Below are positions 1-11,102 of a stretch of 64,000 nt of DNA, one piece after another. The stretch is taken from the NCBI GenBank assembly GCA_043774975.1, contig JAYVSX010000149.1:376-64375 (forward strand), read 5' to 3'. The translations under genes were made by a program, and so were the position numbers. The notes beneath the pieces were generated by a model. It did not search any database, had not been told where the DNA came from, and saw nothing but the letters and a program-made list of their open reading frames with translations. The stretch comes from Rubrivivax sp. GTDB lineage: Bacteria > Pseudomonadota > Gammaproteobacteria > Burkholderiales > Burkholderiaceae_C. The stretch's first letter is position 1; every line of letters begins with the position of its first letter.

Positions 1-1
1 G

Positions 2-2968
2 CCCTATGAGTCCATCCGCTTGAATGAGTACTACGTCAGCCATTACGTCGACCTGTCACCGCTGCAGCACCCACAGCTCGGCTGCGTGGTGGCCGCGCGG
101 CAGAACCTGGCGGTGGCAGGCCGCCACCCTTGGCTGGTGATGGGATCCCTGCGCCACGCGGTGAGCTTTGCCACCGACGCCTTGCAGGTCCAGGGCCTGG
201 GCGTGCGCGCCGGCGGCTTGCCGCTGGGAGTGCGTGAGGGCCTGCCGGGCCGCCGTTTGCAGCATGAGCACGCGCTCATCGCCCTGCAGGACCAGGCGGT
301 GACGCTGCAGTCCGGCGAGTCCGCGGCCCTGGGCTTCTTCGGCCATGTGATGGCCGACCACGCAGCAGCCACGTCGGATGCCGACCTGGCCCATGCCGAC
401 GCCGCACTGGCCCTGCCCGAAGCGCAAGCGCCCGCTGCCTGGCCTGTGCAGCCATCAGAAGTGAAAGTGCCAGACACGCTGTTCAGCAGCGCGCCTTGGC
501 TGCAGACCACCGAACTGTCCACGGCTTTGCTGGACGCACTTTTCGGCAGGGCCCGGCGCCATGAGGAACGCGAAGGCGGGGCGCTGCTGTCTTTTTTCTA
601 CGGTGCCGAAGCGCACGTGGTGCTGCGCGCCAAAGAACTGCGCACCGTGCGCCCGCATGGCCATCTGCTGCGCAGCGGCGCGCACTTGGTGCCCGACGAA
701 ACCGGGCTCACGTCCACAGTGTGGATGGGCGGCGTCTTCCATTCGATGCTGACGCAGGGCCACGTGGCCATCAACCGTTGCCTGTCCACCGTGCGCAGTT
801 GGTTGGGGCACTACCGTGCCCATGGGCAACGCCTGTTCGTCGACCTGGGCGCGGGCTGGCAGCAGCTGGGCCTGCCTTCGGCATTCGAGATGCAGCCCGA
901 CGCCTGCCGTTGGATCTACCAACACGCCGGTGGCCTGATCGAAGTCACCAGCCGTGCCCTCAGCGCGCCGCACGCGATGAGCCTGCAGCTGCGGGTGCTG
1001 CAGGGCGAAGCGCTGCGTGTGCTGGCAACCCACCATGTGGCCTTGGGCGATGACGACGGCAGTGCTGCGCAAGCCCTGCCCTGCAGGCCCGAAGGCGGCG
1101 GCGTCTTTGTCGGCGTGCCTGCCGCGTGCGAACTGGCCAGCCGATTCCCGCAGGGTGGTTTCCTGATCGCACCCGATCCGGGCACGGTGTTTGAACGCAC
1201 TGGCGGCGACGAACTGCTGACGCCCACAGGTGCCACGCTGGGCCAGCCCATGGTCTGCGTGCAAAGCGCTGCCACGCGGCAGTTCGACTTGCGCCTGAGC
1301 GTGCGCCTGGTGCAGGACACGCCGGCTCCGCAGGCCCTGGCGCTCCTGCCGCAATGGACACTGCCGCCATGGACCCCGCCCCACGGTCCAGCGCCGACGG
1401 GGCTACAGCGCTTGAATGACATCCTGCCCTGGTACCTGCACAACGCGCTGGTCCATTACCTGGCGCCACGCGGCCTGGAGCAGTTCTCAGGCGGTGGCTG
1501 GGGCACGCGTGACGTCTGCCAAGGCCCGCTGGAAATGCTGCTGGCCCTGGACCGCCCGGCGCCCGTGCGCGACCTGCTGCTGCGCGTGTTTGCAGCGCAA
1601 GACGCGGGCGGCGACTGGCCGCAGTGGTTCATGTTCTTTGAGCGCGAACGCCACACGCGCGCCGGCGATTCGCATGGCGACATCGTCTTCTGGCCGCTGC
1701 TGGGCTTGGCGCGCTACCTGTTGGCCAGTGGCGACGCGGCGCTGCTGGACGAGCCCGTGCGCTTCCATGCCGCCCCTGGCGCGGTGGCCGACGTGGGCCC
1801 TGTTTGGCAGCACGTGGAACGTGCGCTTCAGGTCATTGCGGCGCGGCGCATTGCCGGCACGCACCTGGCGGCCTACGGCCATGGCGACTGGAACGATTCG
1901 CTTCAACCCGCAGACCCCAAGCTGCGCGACCAGCTGTGCAGCGCCTGGACGGTGACGCTGCACCACCAGATGCTCAGCACCCTGGCACGCGCACTGCGCA
2001 GCCTGGGCCAGCACGCCCGTGCGCAGCCGCTGCAAAACGAGGCTGCCGCCGTGGCTGCCGACTTCCAGCGCCTGCTGGTGGCCGATGGCGTGGTCACCGG
2101 CTACGCACGCTTCGAGCACCCGGACAGCACCCCCGCGCAGTTTCTTCTGCACCCACGTGACGCCATCACCGGTGTGCACTACAGCCTGCTGCCCATGATG
2201 CACGCCATCCTTGAAAACCTGCTGAGCCCGGAGCAGGCGCAACAGCAGCGCCACCTGATCCAGACCCACCTGATGGGCCCCGACGGCGCTCGCTTGTTCG
2301 ACCGCCCCATGCCCTACCGGGGCGGCCCCCAGAGTCTGTTCCAACGCGCGGAAAGCAGCGCCTTCTTCGGCCGCGAGATTGGCGTCATGTACATGCATGC
2401 GCACCTGCGCTGGGCCGAGACGCTGGCCCATTTGGGTGACGCGCCGGCCTTGTTTGAAGCGCTGGCCAGAGCCCACCCGATCGCCCTGCGGGACGTGGTG
2501 CCCAGCGCCAGCCTGCGCCAATCCAATTGCTACTTCTCCAGCTCTGACGCCGCATTTGCAGACCGCTATGAGGCCAGCGGTGACTACGGCCGCGTGCAGC
2601 GGGGCGAGGTGGCGCTGGACGCCGGCTGGCGCGTCTATTCCAGCGGCCCGGGCATTGCGTTGGGGCTCATCGTGGGCCAGTTCCTGGGCGTGCGGCGCGG
2701 CCACGACCGGCTGGTGCTGGACCCGGTGCTGGCGCCCGCGCTGAACGGCCTGGTGGCGCGTCTGCCGTTGGGCAGCGTGGATCTGGAGATCGAATACCGC
2801 CTGGGCCCGCTCGGCTGCGGCCCGCAGGCCTTGACGCTGGAAGGCCTGCCCTTGCCTTTCAAACGTGGCACCAACCCCTACCGCCTGGGCGCCGCCGAGG
2901 TGTCCCTGGCTGACTTGCAGCCGCGCCTGGCTGCAGGCGCCCGCCGCCTGGTGGTGCACACCGGCTGA
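2..2968 (+). CDS. GH94-family glycoside phosphorylase, most like 1,2-beta-oligoglucan phosphorylase (5' partial, starts before the window)
   Basis: Frame is open from position 2. Motifs GLEQFSGGGWGTRDVCQGP, SHGDIVFWPL, GDWNDSLQP (GH94 catalytic Asp region), GREIGVMYMHAH and GWRVYSSGPG. Confidence 0.8.
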   Translation, partial: PYESIRLNEYYVSHYVDLSPLQHPQLGCVVAARQNLAVAGRHPWLVMGSLRHAVSFATDALQVQGLGVRAGGLPLGVREGLPGRRLQHEHALIALQDQAVTLQSGESAALGFFGHVMADHAAATSDADLAHADAALALPEAQAPAAWPVQPSEVKVPDTLFSSAPWLQTTELSTALLDALFGRARRHEEREGGALLSFFYGAEAHVVLRAKELRTVRPHGHLLRSGAHLVPDETGLTSTVWMGGVFHSMLTQGHVAINRCLSTVRSWLGHYRAHGQRLFVDLGAGWQQLGLPSAFEMQPDACRWIYQHAGGLIEVTSRALSAPHAMSLQLRVLQGEALRVLATHHVALGDDDGSAAQALPCRPEGGGVFVGVPAACELASRFPQGGFLIAPDPGTVFERTGGDELLTPTGATLGQPMVCVQSAATRQFDLRLSVRLVQDTPAPQALALLPQWTLPPWTPPHGPAPTGLQRLNDILPWYLHNALVHYLAPRGLEQFSGGGWGTRDVCQGPLEMLLALDRPAPVRDLLLRVFAAQDAGGDWPQWFMFFERERHTRAGDSHGDIVFWPLLGLARYLLASGDAALLDEPVRFHAAPGAVADVGPVWQHVERALQVIAARRIAGTHLAAYGHGDWNDSLQPADPKLRDQLCSAWTVTLHHQMLSTLARALRSLGQHARAQPLQNEAAAVAADFQRLLVADGVVTGYARFEHPDSTPAQFLLHPRDAITGVHYSLLPMMHAILENLLSPEQAQQQRHLIQTHLMGPDGARLFDRPMPYRGGPQSLFQRAESSAFFGREIGVMYMHAHLRWAETLAHLGDAPALFEALARAHPIALRDVVPSASLRQSNCYFSSSDAAFADRYEASGDYGRVQRGEVALDAGWRVYSSGPGIALGLIVGQFLGVRRGHDRLVLDPVLAPALNGLVARLPLGSVDLEIEYRLGPLGCGPQALTLEGLPLPFKRGTNPYRLGAAEVSLADLQPRLAAGARRLVVHTG

Positions 2969-3028
2969 TCACTGGCGCGTGCTCGGGCAACAATCCTGCC
3001 TTGGCGACATCGCCATGCAGGAGCCCGC

Positions 3029-3889
3029 GTGACCGAACACAACGAAACCCTGGAAGCCGCCCTGGCCCGCAATGTGCGCGACGCACTGGCCGAAGACATT
3101 GGCGTGTGCGACTGGACGGCCCAACTGGTGCCCGCCGGGCGCCGCGCACGGGCCCGCGTCACGGCCAAGGAGCCCGCCGTGCTGTGCGGCCGCGCCTGGT
3201 TCACGGCCTGCATGGTGGCGCTGGACACCACAGCCCAGGTGTCCTGGCACGTCGACGAAGGCGAACGGGTGGCGGCTGACACCGTGGTCTGCGACATTGA
3301 AGCCGACGCCCGCGCCTTGCTGAGCGCAGAACGCCCGGCACTGAACTTCCTGCAGATGCTGTCTGGCGTGGCCACGGTGACGCGCCAGTACGTGGAGGCG
3401 ATTGCCAGCGCTTCGCCCAACCCCAAGGGCTGTGCCGTTCTGGACACCCGCAAGACTCTGCCCGGCTTGCGTCAAGCCCAGAAGTACGCGGTTCGCGTGG
3501 GCGGCGGTCAAAACCAGCGCCTGGCACTGTGGGACGGCATCTTGATCAAGGAAAACCACATCGCGGCTGCTGGCGGGATTGGCCCCGCGCTGATGGCGGC
3601 CAGTGCCTTGAACGCCCGGGTTTCCGTGCAAATTGAAGTTGAGAGCCTGGCTGAGTTGCAAGAGGCGTTGGCGGCAGGCGCGGTCAGCGTCTTGCTGGAT
3701 GACTTTTCATGGGCCGACATGCGCGCCGCCGTGCAACTGAACCAAGGCCGAGCGCTGCTCGAAGTCTCCGGCGGCGTGGACCTGGAGGTCATCCGCAACA
3801 TTGCGGCCACAGGGGTAGACCGCATCTCGGTAGGCAAGTTGACCAAGGACGTCCGAGCGGTCGACCTTTCGCTGCGGGTGTTGGCTTGA
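3029..3889 (+). CDS. nadC: Quinolinate phosphoribosyltransferase (nicotinate-nucleotide diphosphorylase)
   Basis: Motifs AERPALNFLQ, DTRKTLPGLR, LIKENH and VDRISVG; AGGAG SD before the GTG start. Confidence 0.95.
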   Translation: MTEHNETLEAALARNVRDALAEDIGVCDWTAQLVPAGRRARARVTAKEPAVLCGRAWFTACMVALDTTAQVSWHVDEGERVAADTVVCDIEADARALLSAERPALNFLQMLSGVATVTRQYVEAIASASPNPKGCAVLDTRKTLPGLRQAQKYAVRVGGGQNQRLALWDGILIKENHIAAAGGIGPALMAASALNARVSVQIEVESLAELQEALAAGAVSVLLDDFSWADMRAAVQLNQGRALLEVSGGVDLEVIRNIAATGVDRISVGKLTKDVRAVDLSLRVLA

Positions 3890-3929
3890 CAGTTTGACCT
3901 GACCTTTCACGAGGCTGCGTGGGACCTGG

Positions 3930-4794
3930 TCAAGCGCTGTACTGCGCCGCCGCCGCACCCAAGCTTACAGCCACCGGCCCTGCTGCTCTGGATGCCACTC
4001 CTCTCGACTGGCCCACTGCGCCGCTTGCGGGTTGAAGACCAGAACAGCCCATTGACGCTGACCGCCGGCGTAGATGCCATAGCCCGCGTCCATCTCGGCT
4101 TCCACACGTTTCATCGCCAGGTCTCGTGTCCTGAGTTTCAGGACTTCAGCTACCTCCATCGCGTCCAGCGCAAAACGGCGCATGGCGTCCGCCCGATGGC
4201 ACCACTTATCCAGGTACCAGGTGTTTCGGTAGTGCACCAGACGTTGAGGTGACACACGTCGCGCTCGCTGACTTCACCGCAGCCCCGCTTCAGGTAACGC
4301 AGGTGCAGACGGCGACGTTGCAACAGCGCGGCACTGACCCGTTCAAAAAAGCGGCTGGGAACCGGGCGGCGCAGAGCCGCTATAACCTTGATGCGCTTGA
4401 GCAGCTTGTCGGTCGAATCACCGCCCTCCCCGCTTCCCAGCAACTGATGGATTCGGTCCAACAGGGGCTGCAGGTGCCGACTGAGCAGACCGTCGCTGTC
4501 CAATCCAGCCAACAGCTGTTGGGCCGTCAGCAAAGAATAGAGTTCAGACTCGCTGAACCAAAGGACCGGCAACTCTTGCCGACCGCCCGCGGCCGTGTCG
4601 GCGCCAAACCGATAGCCATTGACCTCGCGGTCGTACTCGATGGGTGCGCCCATGCGGCTGCGCAGAAACTCCAGGTCGCGCTTCCAGGTGGCGGCCGAAA
4701 CTTCCAACTCTTCGAGCAAGCTTTTGAAGCTGACGTGGCCCCGAGATCGGATCAGTGCTTCGATGCGATAAAGGCGCGCACTGTTGTTGGCCAT
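3930..4794 (-). pseudogene. HTH-WYL (YafY/PafB-like) transcriptional regulator, frameshifted and internally deleted
   Basis: N-terminal wHTH (LEVSAATWKRDL). An extra TG near 4252-4257 shifts the frame before SPQRLVHYRNTWYLD. Premature TAA at 3965-3967. The apparent original C-terminus LGAAAAQYSA* remains at 3962-3930. Confidence 0.85.
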
Positions 4795-4822
4795 GGCGAA
4801 GGGCTCTGCGCGGAACAGGGTG

Positions 4823-6532
4823 TCAGGACAAGCCGACGATCTGGCCTTGCTCGTTGAGATCGATGCGTTCGGCCGACGGCACCTTGGGCAGGCCAGGCAT
4901 GGTCATGACGTCGCCGCAGACCATCACCACAAACTCCGCACCGGCCGCCAATCGAACTTCACGCACTTCAACGCTGTGACCGCTGGGCGCACAGCGCAGT
5001 TTGGGATCGGTAGAAAAGCTGTACTGGGTCTTGGCGATGCAAACAGGGAAGTGCCCATAGCCGCTCTCTTGCAGCCGCTGGATCTGGGCACGAACCGCGG
5101 CACTGGCATGCACGCCGGCAGCGCCGTAAGTCAGGGTGGCCACCTTGCGCAACTTGTCCCACAGCGGGTCTGCGTCTTCGTAGGCAAAGCGCAAGGTGCT
5201 GGGGGTGTCGCACAGGCGTACCACGTCATGTGCCAGGTCGGCGGCGCCTGGCCCTCCCAGCGCCCAATGACGAGCGGTGTGCACCGCCACGCCCAAGCTG
5301 CCCACCCGCTGCCTGAGCAGCGCGTGCTCGGCTTCGGTGTCGCTGTCGAAATGGTTGATGGAGACCACACAAGGAAGCCCAAAGACTCCCTGCAGATTCT
5401 TCAAATGTCGTTCCAGGTTGCCCAACCCCTTGTCCAGCGCGGTCAAATCTTCCTTGGCCAGATCGCCCAGGTCGACACCACCGTGGTACTTCAGTGCACG
5501 CACCGTTGCCACCACCACTGCGGCCGCCGGGCGCAGGCCGGACTTGCGGCACTTGATGTCGATGAATTTTTCAGCGCCCAGATCCGCGCCGAAGCCAGCT
5601 TCGGTAACCACGTAGTCGGCCAAACGAAGCGCCGTCTGCGTGGCGATGACCGAATTGCAACCGTGGGCAATGTTGGCAAACGGGCCACCGTGCAACAGCG
5701 CCGGGTTGTTTTCAAGGGTCTGCACGAGGTTGGGTGCCAAGGCGTCTTTGAGCAGCACGGCCATGGCCCCGTGTACTTTCAGGTCGCGGGCACGCACGGG
5801 CTGGCGAGCGCGGGTCTCGGCCACGATGATGTTGCCCAGGCGTTCCTTCAGGTCGGTCAAGGAACCGGCTAGGCACAGAATGGCCATGACCTCTGACGCC
5901 ACCACGATGTCAAAACCGTCCTGTCGCGGGAAGCCGTTGCCGGGCCCACCCAAACCCACGGTGATGTTGCGCAGCGCGCGGTCGTTCATGTCCATCACCC
6001 GCTTCCAGCTGATGCGCCGCACGTCGATGTCCAGCGCGTTGCCGTGGTGGATGTGGTTGTCCAACGTGGCCGACAGCAAGTTGTTGGCCAGGGCGATGGC
6101 ATGAAAGTCGCCCGTGAAATGCAGGTTGATGTCGTCCATCGGCACCACCTGCGCATAGCCGCCGCCGGTGGCGCCACCCTTCATCCCGAACACGGGGCCC
6201 AGCGAGGGTTCACGCAGCGCGATGACGGCCTTCTTGCCGATGTAGTTGAGCGCGTCGCCCAAACCTACCGTGGTGGTGGTTTTGCCCTCGCCTGCGGGCG
6301 TAGGGCTGATCGCGGTAACCAGAACCAGCTTGCCCATCGGGCGGTTGGCCAGTGACTCGACATACGGCAAGGCCAGCTTGGCCTTGAAGTGTCCGTAGGG
6401 AATGACGTGTTCGTCGGCAATGCCCAAACGGTCCTTGGCCACCGCCGCAATGCGGCGCAGCGTGGCCAGGCGAGCGATTTCAATGTCACTGAGTGCCAAG
6501 GCGGCCTCCGTCCCGTTAGAAGGAGTCGGCAT
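4823..6532 (-). CDS. fhs: Formate--tetrahydrofolate ligase
   Basis: Motifs [41 protein letters not shown] and TMPGLP; start codon approximate. Confidence 0.96.
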   Translation of the reverse strand: MPTPSNGTEAALALSDIEIARLATLRRIAAVAKDRLGIADEHVIPYGHFKAKLALPYVESLANRPMGKLVLVTAISPTPAGEGKTTTTVGLGDALNYIGKKAVIALREPSLGPVFGMKGGATGGGYAQVVPMDDINLHFTGDFHAIALANNLLSATLDNHIHHGNALDIDVRRISWKRVMDMNDRALRNITVGLGGPGNGFPRQDGFDIVVASEVMAILCLAGSLTDLKERLGNIIVAETRARQPVRARDLKVHGAMAVLLKDALAPNLVQTLENNPALLHGGPFANIAHGCNSVIATQTALRLADYVVTEAGFGADLGAEKFIDIKCRKSGLRPAAAVVVATVRALKYHGGVDLGDLAKEDLTALDKGLGNLERHLKNLQGVFGLPCVVSINHFDSDTEAEHALLRQRVGSLGVAVHTARHWALGGPGAADLAHDVVRLCDTPSTLRFAYEDADPLWDKLRKVATLTYGAAGVHASAAVRAQIQRLQESGYGHFPVCIAKTQYSFSTDPKLRCAPSGHSVEVREVRLAAGAEFVVMVCGDVMTMPGLPKVPSAERIDLNEQGQIVGLS

Positions 6533-6620
6533 TCTGATGGCTTTGCCCCGCGCCATGAAAAACACCCTTGCGGGAGCTTGGGCGTCTGCGCGTCTGAGGT
6601 TCGGACGTTTGGGGGTTCGC

Positions 6621-6713
6621 TGGCGGAGTCGAAGGGATTCGAACCCTTGATGCAGGTTTTGCCCACATACTCCCTTAGCAGGGGAGCACCTTCGGCCACT
6701 CGGTCACGACTCC
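6621..6713 (-). tRNA. tRNA-Ser(GCT)
   Basis: Minus strand reads GGAGTCG...GACCGAGTGGCCGAAGGT-CTCCCCT GCT AAGGGAG, then a long variable arm, then GGGTTCGAATCCC-TTCGACTCCGCCA. TAGAAT -10 box upstream. Confidence 0.97.
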
Positions 6714-6771
6714 GGCGAAGAGCCGCATTCTAGCCGCAAGACGCGGCCCTTTTCGAAGGCAGTTTGCAGAC

Positions 6772-8046
6772 TCAGACCGGGACGGTTGCCTGGTCAAGGT
6801 CGAAGGCCTTGTGCAGCGCGCGCACGGCCAGCTCCATGTACTTTTCGTCAATCACCACGCTGGTCTTGATTTCGCTGGTCGTGATCATCTGGATGTTGAT
6901 GCCTTCGTCGCTGAGTGTGCGGAACATCTTGCTGGCCACGCCCACGTGGCTGCGCATGCCGATGCCGACGATGCTGACCTTGCAGATCTTGGGGTCGCCC
7001 AACACGTCCGCAGCGCCCGTGGCGGGCAAAACCTGGGTCTTCAAGACCTCGAGCGTGCGCGCGTAGTCGTTGCGGTGCACGGTGAAGCTGAAGTCGGTGC
7101 GGCCGCTGTGGGACACGTTCTGGATGATGACGTCGATGTCGATGTTGGCATCGGCCACCGGGCCGATGATCTGAAAGGCGATGCCGGGTTTGTCGGGCAC
7201 ACCGATGACGCTGATCTTGGCCTCGTCACGGTTGAACGCAATACCGGCCACAACGGCTTGTTCCATTTTTTCGTCTTCCTCAAAGGTGATCAGGGTGCCG
7301 GATGCGGCTTCCACGGCAATGTCGATGTCCCAAGGTGTGAAGCTGCTCAAGACCCGCAATGGCACACGGTATTTGCCCGCAAATTCCACCGAACGAATCT
7401 GCAGCACCTTGCTGCCCAGGCTGGACATCTCCAGCATCTCTTCAAAGCTGATGGTGCTCAGACGCCGCGCCTCCGGCACGATGCGCGGGTCGGTGGTGTA
7501 GACACCGTCCACGTCGGTGTAGATCAAGCATTCATCGGCCTTCATGGCCGCGGCCACCGCCACGGCCGACGTGTCGCTGCCACCGCGGCCCAGCGTGGTG
7601 ACGTTGCCGTCCGGGTCGATGCCCTGGAAGCCGGTGATGATGACCACCTTGCCAGCCGCCAGATCAGCCCGAACCCGGGTTTCGTCGATCTCGGAAATAC
7701 GGGCCTTGGTGAAAGCGGAGTCGGTCTTGATCGGCACCTGCCAACCACCATAACTAACCGCAGCAAGACCCTGGGCTTGCAAAGCCAGCGCCAGCAGACC
7801 CACCGAAACCTGCTCGCCGGTGGCCGCAATCGCATCCAGTTCGCGCAGCGCTTCAGGCGACGACGCTTCGGGGTGCAGCTCTTTGGCCAGGCCCAGCAAG
7901 CGGTTGGTTTCGCCGCTCATGGCCGAAGGCACAACGACCATCTGATGGCCCGCGCGGGCCCATTTGGCCACCCGCTGCGCCACGCTGCGAATGCGCTCGG
8001 CCGACCCCATCGAGGTGCCGCCGTACTTGTGAACGATCAATGCCAT
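6772..8046 (-). CDS. lysC: Aspartate kinase
   Basis: Motifs [20 protein letters not shown] and [12 protein letters not shown]; two C-terminal ACT domains. Confidence 0.97.
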   Translation of the reverse strand: MALIVHKYGGTSMGSAERIRSVAQRVAKWARAGHQMVVVPSAMSGETNRLLGLAKELHPEASSPEALRELDAIAATGEQVSVGLLALALQAQGLAAVSYGGWQVPIKTDSAFTKARISEIDETRVRADLAAGKVVIITGFQGIDPDGNVTTLGRGGSDTSAVAVAAAMKADECLIYTDVDGVYTTDPRIVPEARRLSTISFEEMLEMSSLGSKVLQIRSVEFAGKYRVPLRVLSSFTPWDIDIAVEAASGTLITFEEDEKMEQAVVAGIAFNRDEAKISVIGVPDKPGIAFQIIGPVADANIDIDVIIQNVSHSGRTDFSFTVHRNDYARTLEVLKTQVLPATGAADVLGDPKICKVSIVGIGMRSHVGVASKMFRTLSDEGINIQMITTSEIKTSVVIDEKYMELAVRALHKAFDLDQATVPV

Positions 8047-8154
8047 GGGCTCAAGCCAAGAGTTCAGTGGGAATCTGCTCGGGCAGACGTTTTGCTGCCC
8101 TGCACAAACCGTAAATTCTAGCCGTGGCCCTGACGCTGGCCTGTCGCTGGACGG

Positions 8155-9447
8155 TCACCCATCCGGTGTGGGGATCCAGGTCAGTTCCAGCTGTTCAGTG
8201 CCAGCGGGAGCCTGGAACGCAGCGTCCAGACCCAAACCGGGCACAAACATCAGTTCACCTTCAGCGGAAAACAGCAACGGCCCTTGCCTCAGCCAGGCCG
8301 GCGTGTGCGCAGCTTGGAAGTGCTTCTTGAGCGCGCGTGACGGGCCGCCTGTGCGCAGGCGAAGCCGTTCGCCGCCTTCGCGGGCCTTGAGCAACAGGTT
8401 CATCAGACACCCTGGACTCACGCCCCCGCTGAGAGCCGGTTGAACCTGGAAACACCCGCCCCAATCGGCAAGCGCATGCACACCGGACTGGCTCAGGTCC
8501 ACTGTGCGGGCGTTGCCGCTGTTGCGCGGCCGCAGACCGGTTGCGGCCAGCAGTGCCAGCCGCCCGCGGTGCAGGCGCAGCACACCACCGGGAGCCGGCC
8601 AGCTGCCGTGGGGCGCCTGTGGCAACTCGGCGATCACGCGGTCCAGCAGGGTTTGCGGCGGGGGTGCACCACATTGTTCGCTGAGCCAGGCCCGCAGGGC
8701 ATTGCGACGGCGCGCCGGTGGCAGCTGCCACCAGGCTTCGCAGCGCAGTTCGCCAGCCGTGACCAGCACGCTCAGGTCGGCCTGCGCGGCTTCTTTCGAC
8801 AGGGCCAGTGCTTCTTGGGCACGCCCGGCTGAGGCTGCGAGGTTGACTTCGGCGTTTGCAAAACCCGCCATCAACGTGGGCCAAACGGCATGGCGCAGGC
8901 GATTTCGTGCGAACTTCAAATCCAGGTTGCTGGGGTCCTCTACATGTTTCAGGCGGTGGCGCCGCACATAGGCGTCGATGCGCCGGGCATCCATGTTCAG
9001 CCAGGGCCGAACCCAGTTCAGGCCCGCCCGAAGCGCACTCTGCGGCATGCCCGCCAGGCCAGCCTCGCCAGCACCGCGCAGCGCCTGCAGCAACCAGGTT
9101 TCGGCTTGGTCCAGGCGATGGTGCGCCAGCAGCACCAGATTGCAGCCGTGAGCCAAGGCCATCTCTGTCAGGGCTTGGTAGCGGCCGGCCCGGGCCCAGG
9201 CTTCGATGCTGTCACCGCGGGCCGGGGCGCCGGCCAGTCGGCGGCAGTCGAACTGCGCGCCCCAACGGCGGCTTTGCTGCCGTACCTGCTGCAACCAGGC
9301 ATCTGCCTGTGGCTGCAAGCCATGGTGTACGTGCAGGGCCCAGACCTCGACACCCAGGGCGCGGGCTTGGCGCAAAGTGCAATGCAGCAGTGCCGTTGAA
9401 TCGCGGCCGCCACTCACAGCCACGGCCACCCGCGGCTGCTGCGGCAT
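8155..9447 (-). CDS. tilS: tRNA(Ile)-lysidine synthetase
   Basis: PP-loop AVSGGRDS, AHHRLDQAET and EDPSN...RNRLRH. The real start is ATG 9447, just after the accA stop. Confidence 0.94.
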   Translation of the reverse strand: MPQQPRVAVAVSGGRDSTALLHCTLRQARALGVEVWALHVHHGLQPQADAWLQQVRQQSRRWGAQFDCRRLAGAPARGDSIEAWARAGRYQALTEMALAHGCNLVLLAHHRLDQAETWLLQALRGAGEAGLAGMPQSALRAGLNWVRPWLNMDARRIDAYVRRHRLKHVEDPSNLDLKFARNRLRHAVWPTLMAGFANAEVNLAASAGRAQEALALSKEAAQADLSVLVTAGELRCEAWWQLPPARRRNALRAWLSEQCGAPPPQTLLDRVIAELPQAPHGSWPAPGGVLRLHRGRLALLAATGLRPRNSGNARTVDLSQSGVHALADWGGCFQVQPALSGGVSPGCLMNLLLKAREGGERLRLRTGGPSRALKKHFQAAHTPAWLRQGPLLFSAEGELMFVPGLGLDAAFQAPAGTEQLELTWIPTPDG

Positions 9448-9449
9448 GC

Positions 9450-10421
9450 TCAGCGTTCCTTGGTGTCGGTGAAGCGGCCGTAGGACCGCAGGCGCTCGTA
9501 GCGGCGCTGCAAGAGGTCCTTGGGCTTGAGGTCGGCGTTCTGGCGCAAGGCTTCGGCCAGGCCGCGCTTGAGCTGAGCGGCCATCCACGGCACATCGCGG
9601 TGGGCGCCACCCACCGGTTCGCTGACGATTTTGTCGACCACGCCCAAGGCCTTGAGCCGATGGGCCGTGATGCCCAGCGCTTCGGCGGCTTCGGAGGCCC
9701 GCTCGGCTGTCTTCCAAAGTATGGAGGCGCAGCCCTCTGGTGAAATGACCGAGTACACGCTGTACTGGAGCATCAGCACCTGGTCGCCCACGCTGATGGC
9801 CAAGGCGCCGCCGGAGCCGCCTTCGCCGATGATGGTGCTGACGATGGGCACTTCCAGCTGCGCCATCTCGAAGATGTTGCGGCCGATGGCCTCGGACTGT
9901 CCCCGCTCTTCGGCGCCAATGCCAGGGTAGGCGCCTGGCGTGTCGACAAACGTGAACACGGGCAGGCCAAACTTCTCGGCCAGTTTCATCAGCCGCAGCG
10001 CCTTGCGGTAGCCCTCGGGCCGGCTCATGCCAAAGTTGCGCAGCGTGCGCTCCTTGGTGTCGCGGCCCTTCTGATGACCCAGCACCATGCAGGCTTGGCC
10101 ATTGAAGCGCGCCAGGCCGCCCACGATGGACAGGTCGTCCGCGTAGTGGCGGTCGCCATGCAGTTCCTGGAACTCGGTGAAGATCTCGTTGACGTAGTCC
10201 AGCGTGTAGGGCCGCTGCGGATGCCGGGCAATCTGGGTCACCTGCCAAGGCGTCAGGTTGGCATAGATGTCGCGCGTGAGTTGCTGGCTTTTTTGGCTCA
10301 GGCGGTCGATCTCGTCGCTGATGTCGACGGCCGATTCGTTTTGCACATAGCGCAGTTCATCGATCTTGGATTCGAGTTCCGCGATCGGGTTTTCAAACTC
10401 AAGGAAATGACGTTTGGACAC
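9450..10421 (-). CDS. accA: Acetyl-CoA carboxylase carboxyltransferase alpha subunit
   Basis: Motifs [29 protein letters not shown] and [10 protein letters not shown]. Confidence 0.97.
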   Translation of the reverse strand: MSKRHFLEFENPIAELESKIDELRYVQNESAVDISDEIDRLSQKSQQLTRDIYANLTPWQVTQIARHPQRPYTLDYVNEIFTEFQELHGDRHYADDLSIVGGLARFNGQACMVLGHQKGRDTKERTLRNFGMSRPEGYRKALRLMKLAEKFGLPVFTFVDTPGAYPGIGAEERGQSEAIGRNIFEMAQLEVPIVSTIIGEGGSGGALAISVGDQVLMLQYSVYSVISPEGCASILWKTAERASEAAEALGITAHRLKALGVVDKIVSEPVGGAHRDVPWMAAQLKRGLAEALRQNADLKPKDLLQRRYERLRSYGRFTDTKER

Positions 10422-10422
10422 T

Positions 10423-11097
10423 TCAATACTCCACCGGCAGCGGGTCGAGGCTGCGCCAAATATACCAAGTGGCCACCGAGCGAAACGGTGCCCACGCTTC
10501 GCCCACTTCCCTGGCTTCGGCTCGCGAGACAGGCTCGCCGCTGAAGTAGTTGACGCTGATGCCCTTGATCAAACCCAAGTCGTCCAAGGGCATCACATTG
10601 GGGCGCATCAGGTGAAAGATGAGAAACATCTCGGCCGTCCAGCGGCCAATGCCGCGGATCGAGATCAACTCGGCAATGATCGCTTCGTCGTCTTGCTGCA
10701 ACCACTGTTTATTCTGAGCGCTGCCATCGCTGAAGTGCCTTGCCAGGTCCAGCAAGTACTCGGTCTTGCGCGCAGACAAACCGGCTTCCCGCATCAAGGG
10801 TACGGCCAAGGCTTGCACGGCGGCCGGCATGACGCGCGCGCTGTGGCCCCCCGTGGCGGTTGAAAAGCGGTCCCACACCGATTGCGCTGCCTTGACGGAA
10901 ATCTGCTGACCGACGATGGAACGCGCCAAGGTGGTGAACGCGTCACCTCGGCTGCGCAGGCGGGCTTCGCCAAAACGCGGGATGAGCTTCTTCAACACCC
11001 GATCGCGTTTGCTCAGGTGGCGACAGGCGTCGTCCCAGTAGTCGGGCGTCACCTCGGTTGACGCAACCACCGTTGAAGGCACAGGGGCTTTGGGCAT
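10423..11097 (-). CDS. DNA-3-methyladenine glycosylase II family (HhH-GPD)
   Basis: Motifs [12 protein letters not shown], Hh[18 protein letters not shown] and [13 protein letters not shown]. Confidence 0.9.
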   Translation of the reverse strand: MPKAPVPSTVVASTEVTPDYWDDACRHLSKRDRVLKKLIPRFGEARLRSRGDAFTTLARSIVGQQISVKAAQSVWDRFSTATGGHSARVMPAAVQALAVPLMREAGLSARKTEYLLDLARHFSDGSAQNKQWLQQDDEAIIAELISIRGIGRWTAEMFLIFHLMRPNVMPLDDLGLIKGISVNYFSGEPVSRAEAREVGEAWAPFRSVATWYIWRSLDPLPVEY

Positions 11098-11102
11098 GGT
11101 GC

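Noticed and set aside
6533-6620. ZTP or THF riboswitch upstream of fhs (also checked upstream of the purM-like gene)
   Set aside because: No recognisable consensus; only a short GCAA-loop hairpin with a T-run after the tRNA.
6621-6640. att-site duplication or prophage at tRNA-Ser
   Set aside because: I saw no second copy of the tRNA 3' end and no integrase in the window.
8155-10248. 697-aa ORF suggesting a long TilS fusion
   Set aside because: The extra N-terminal part is an alternative frame over accA; TilS homology starts at ATG 9447.
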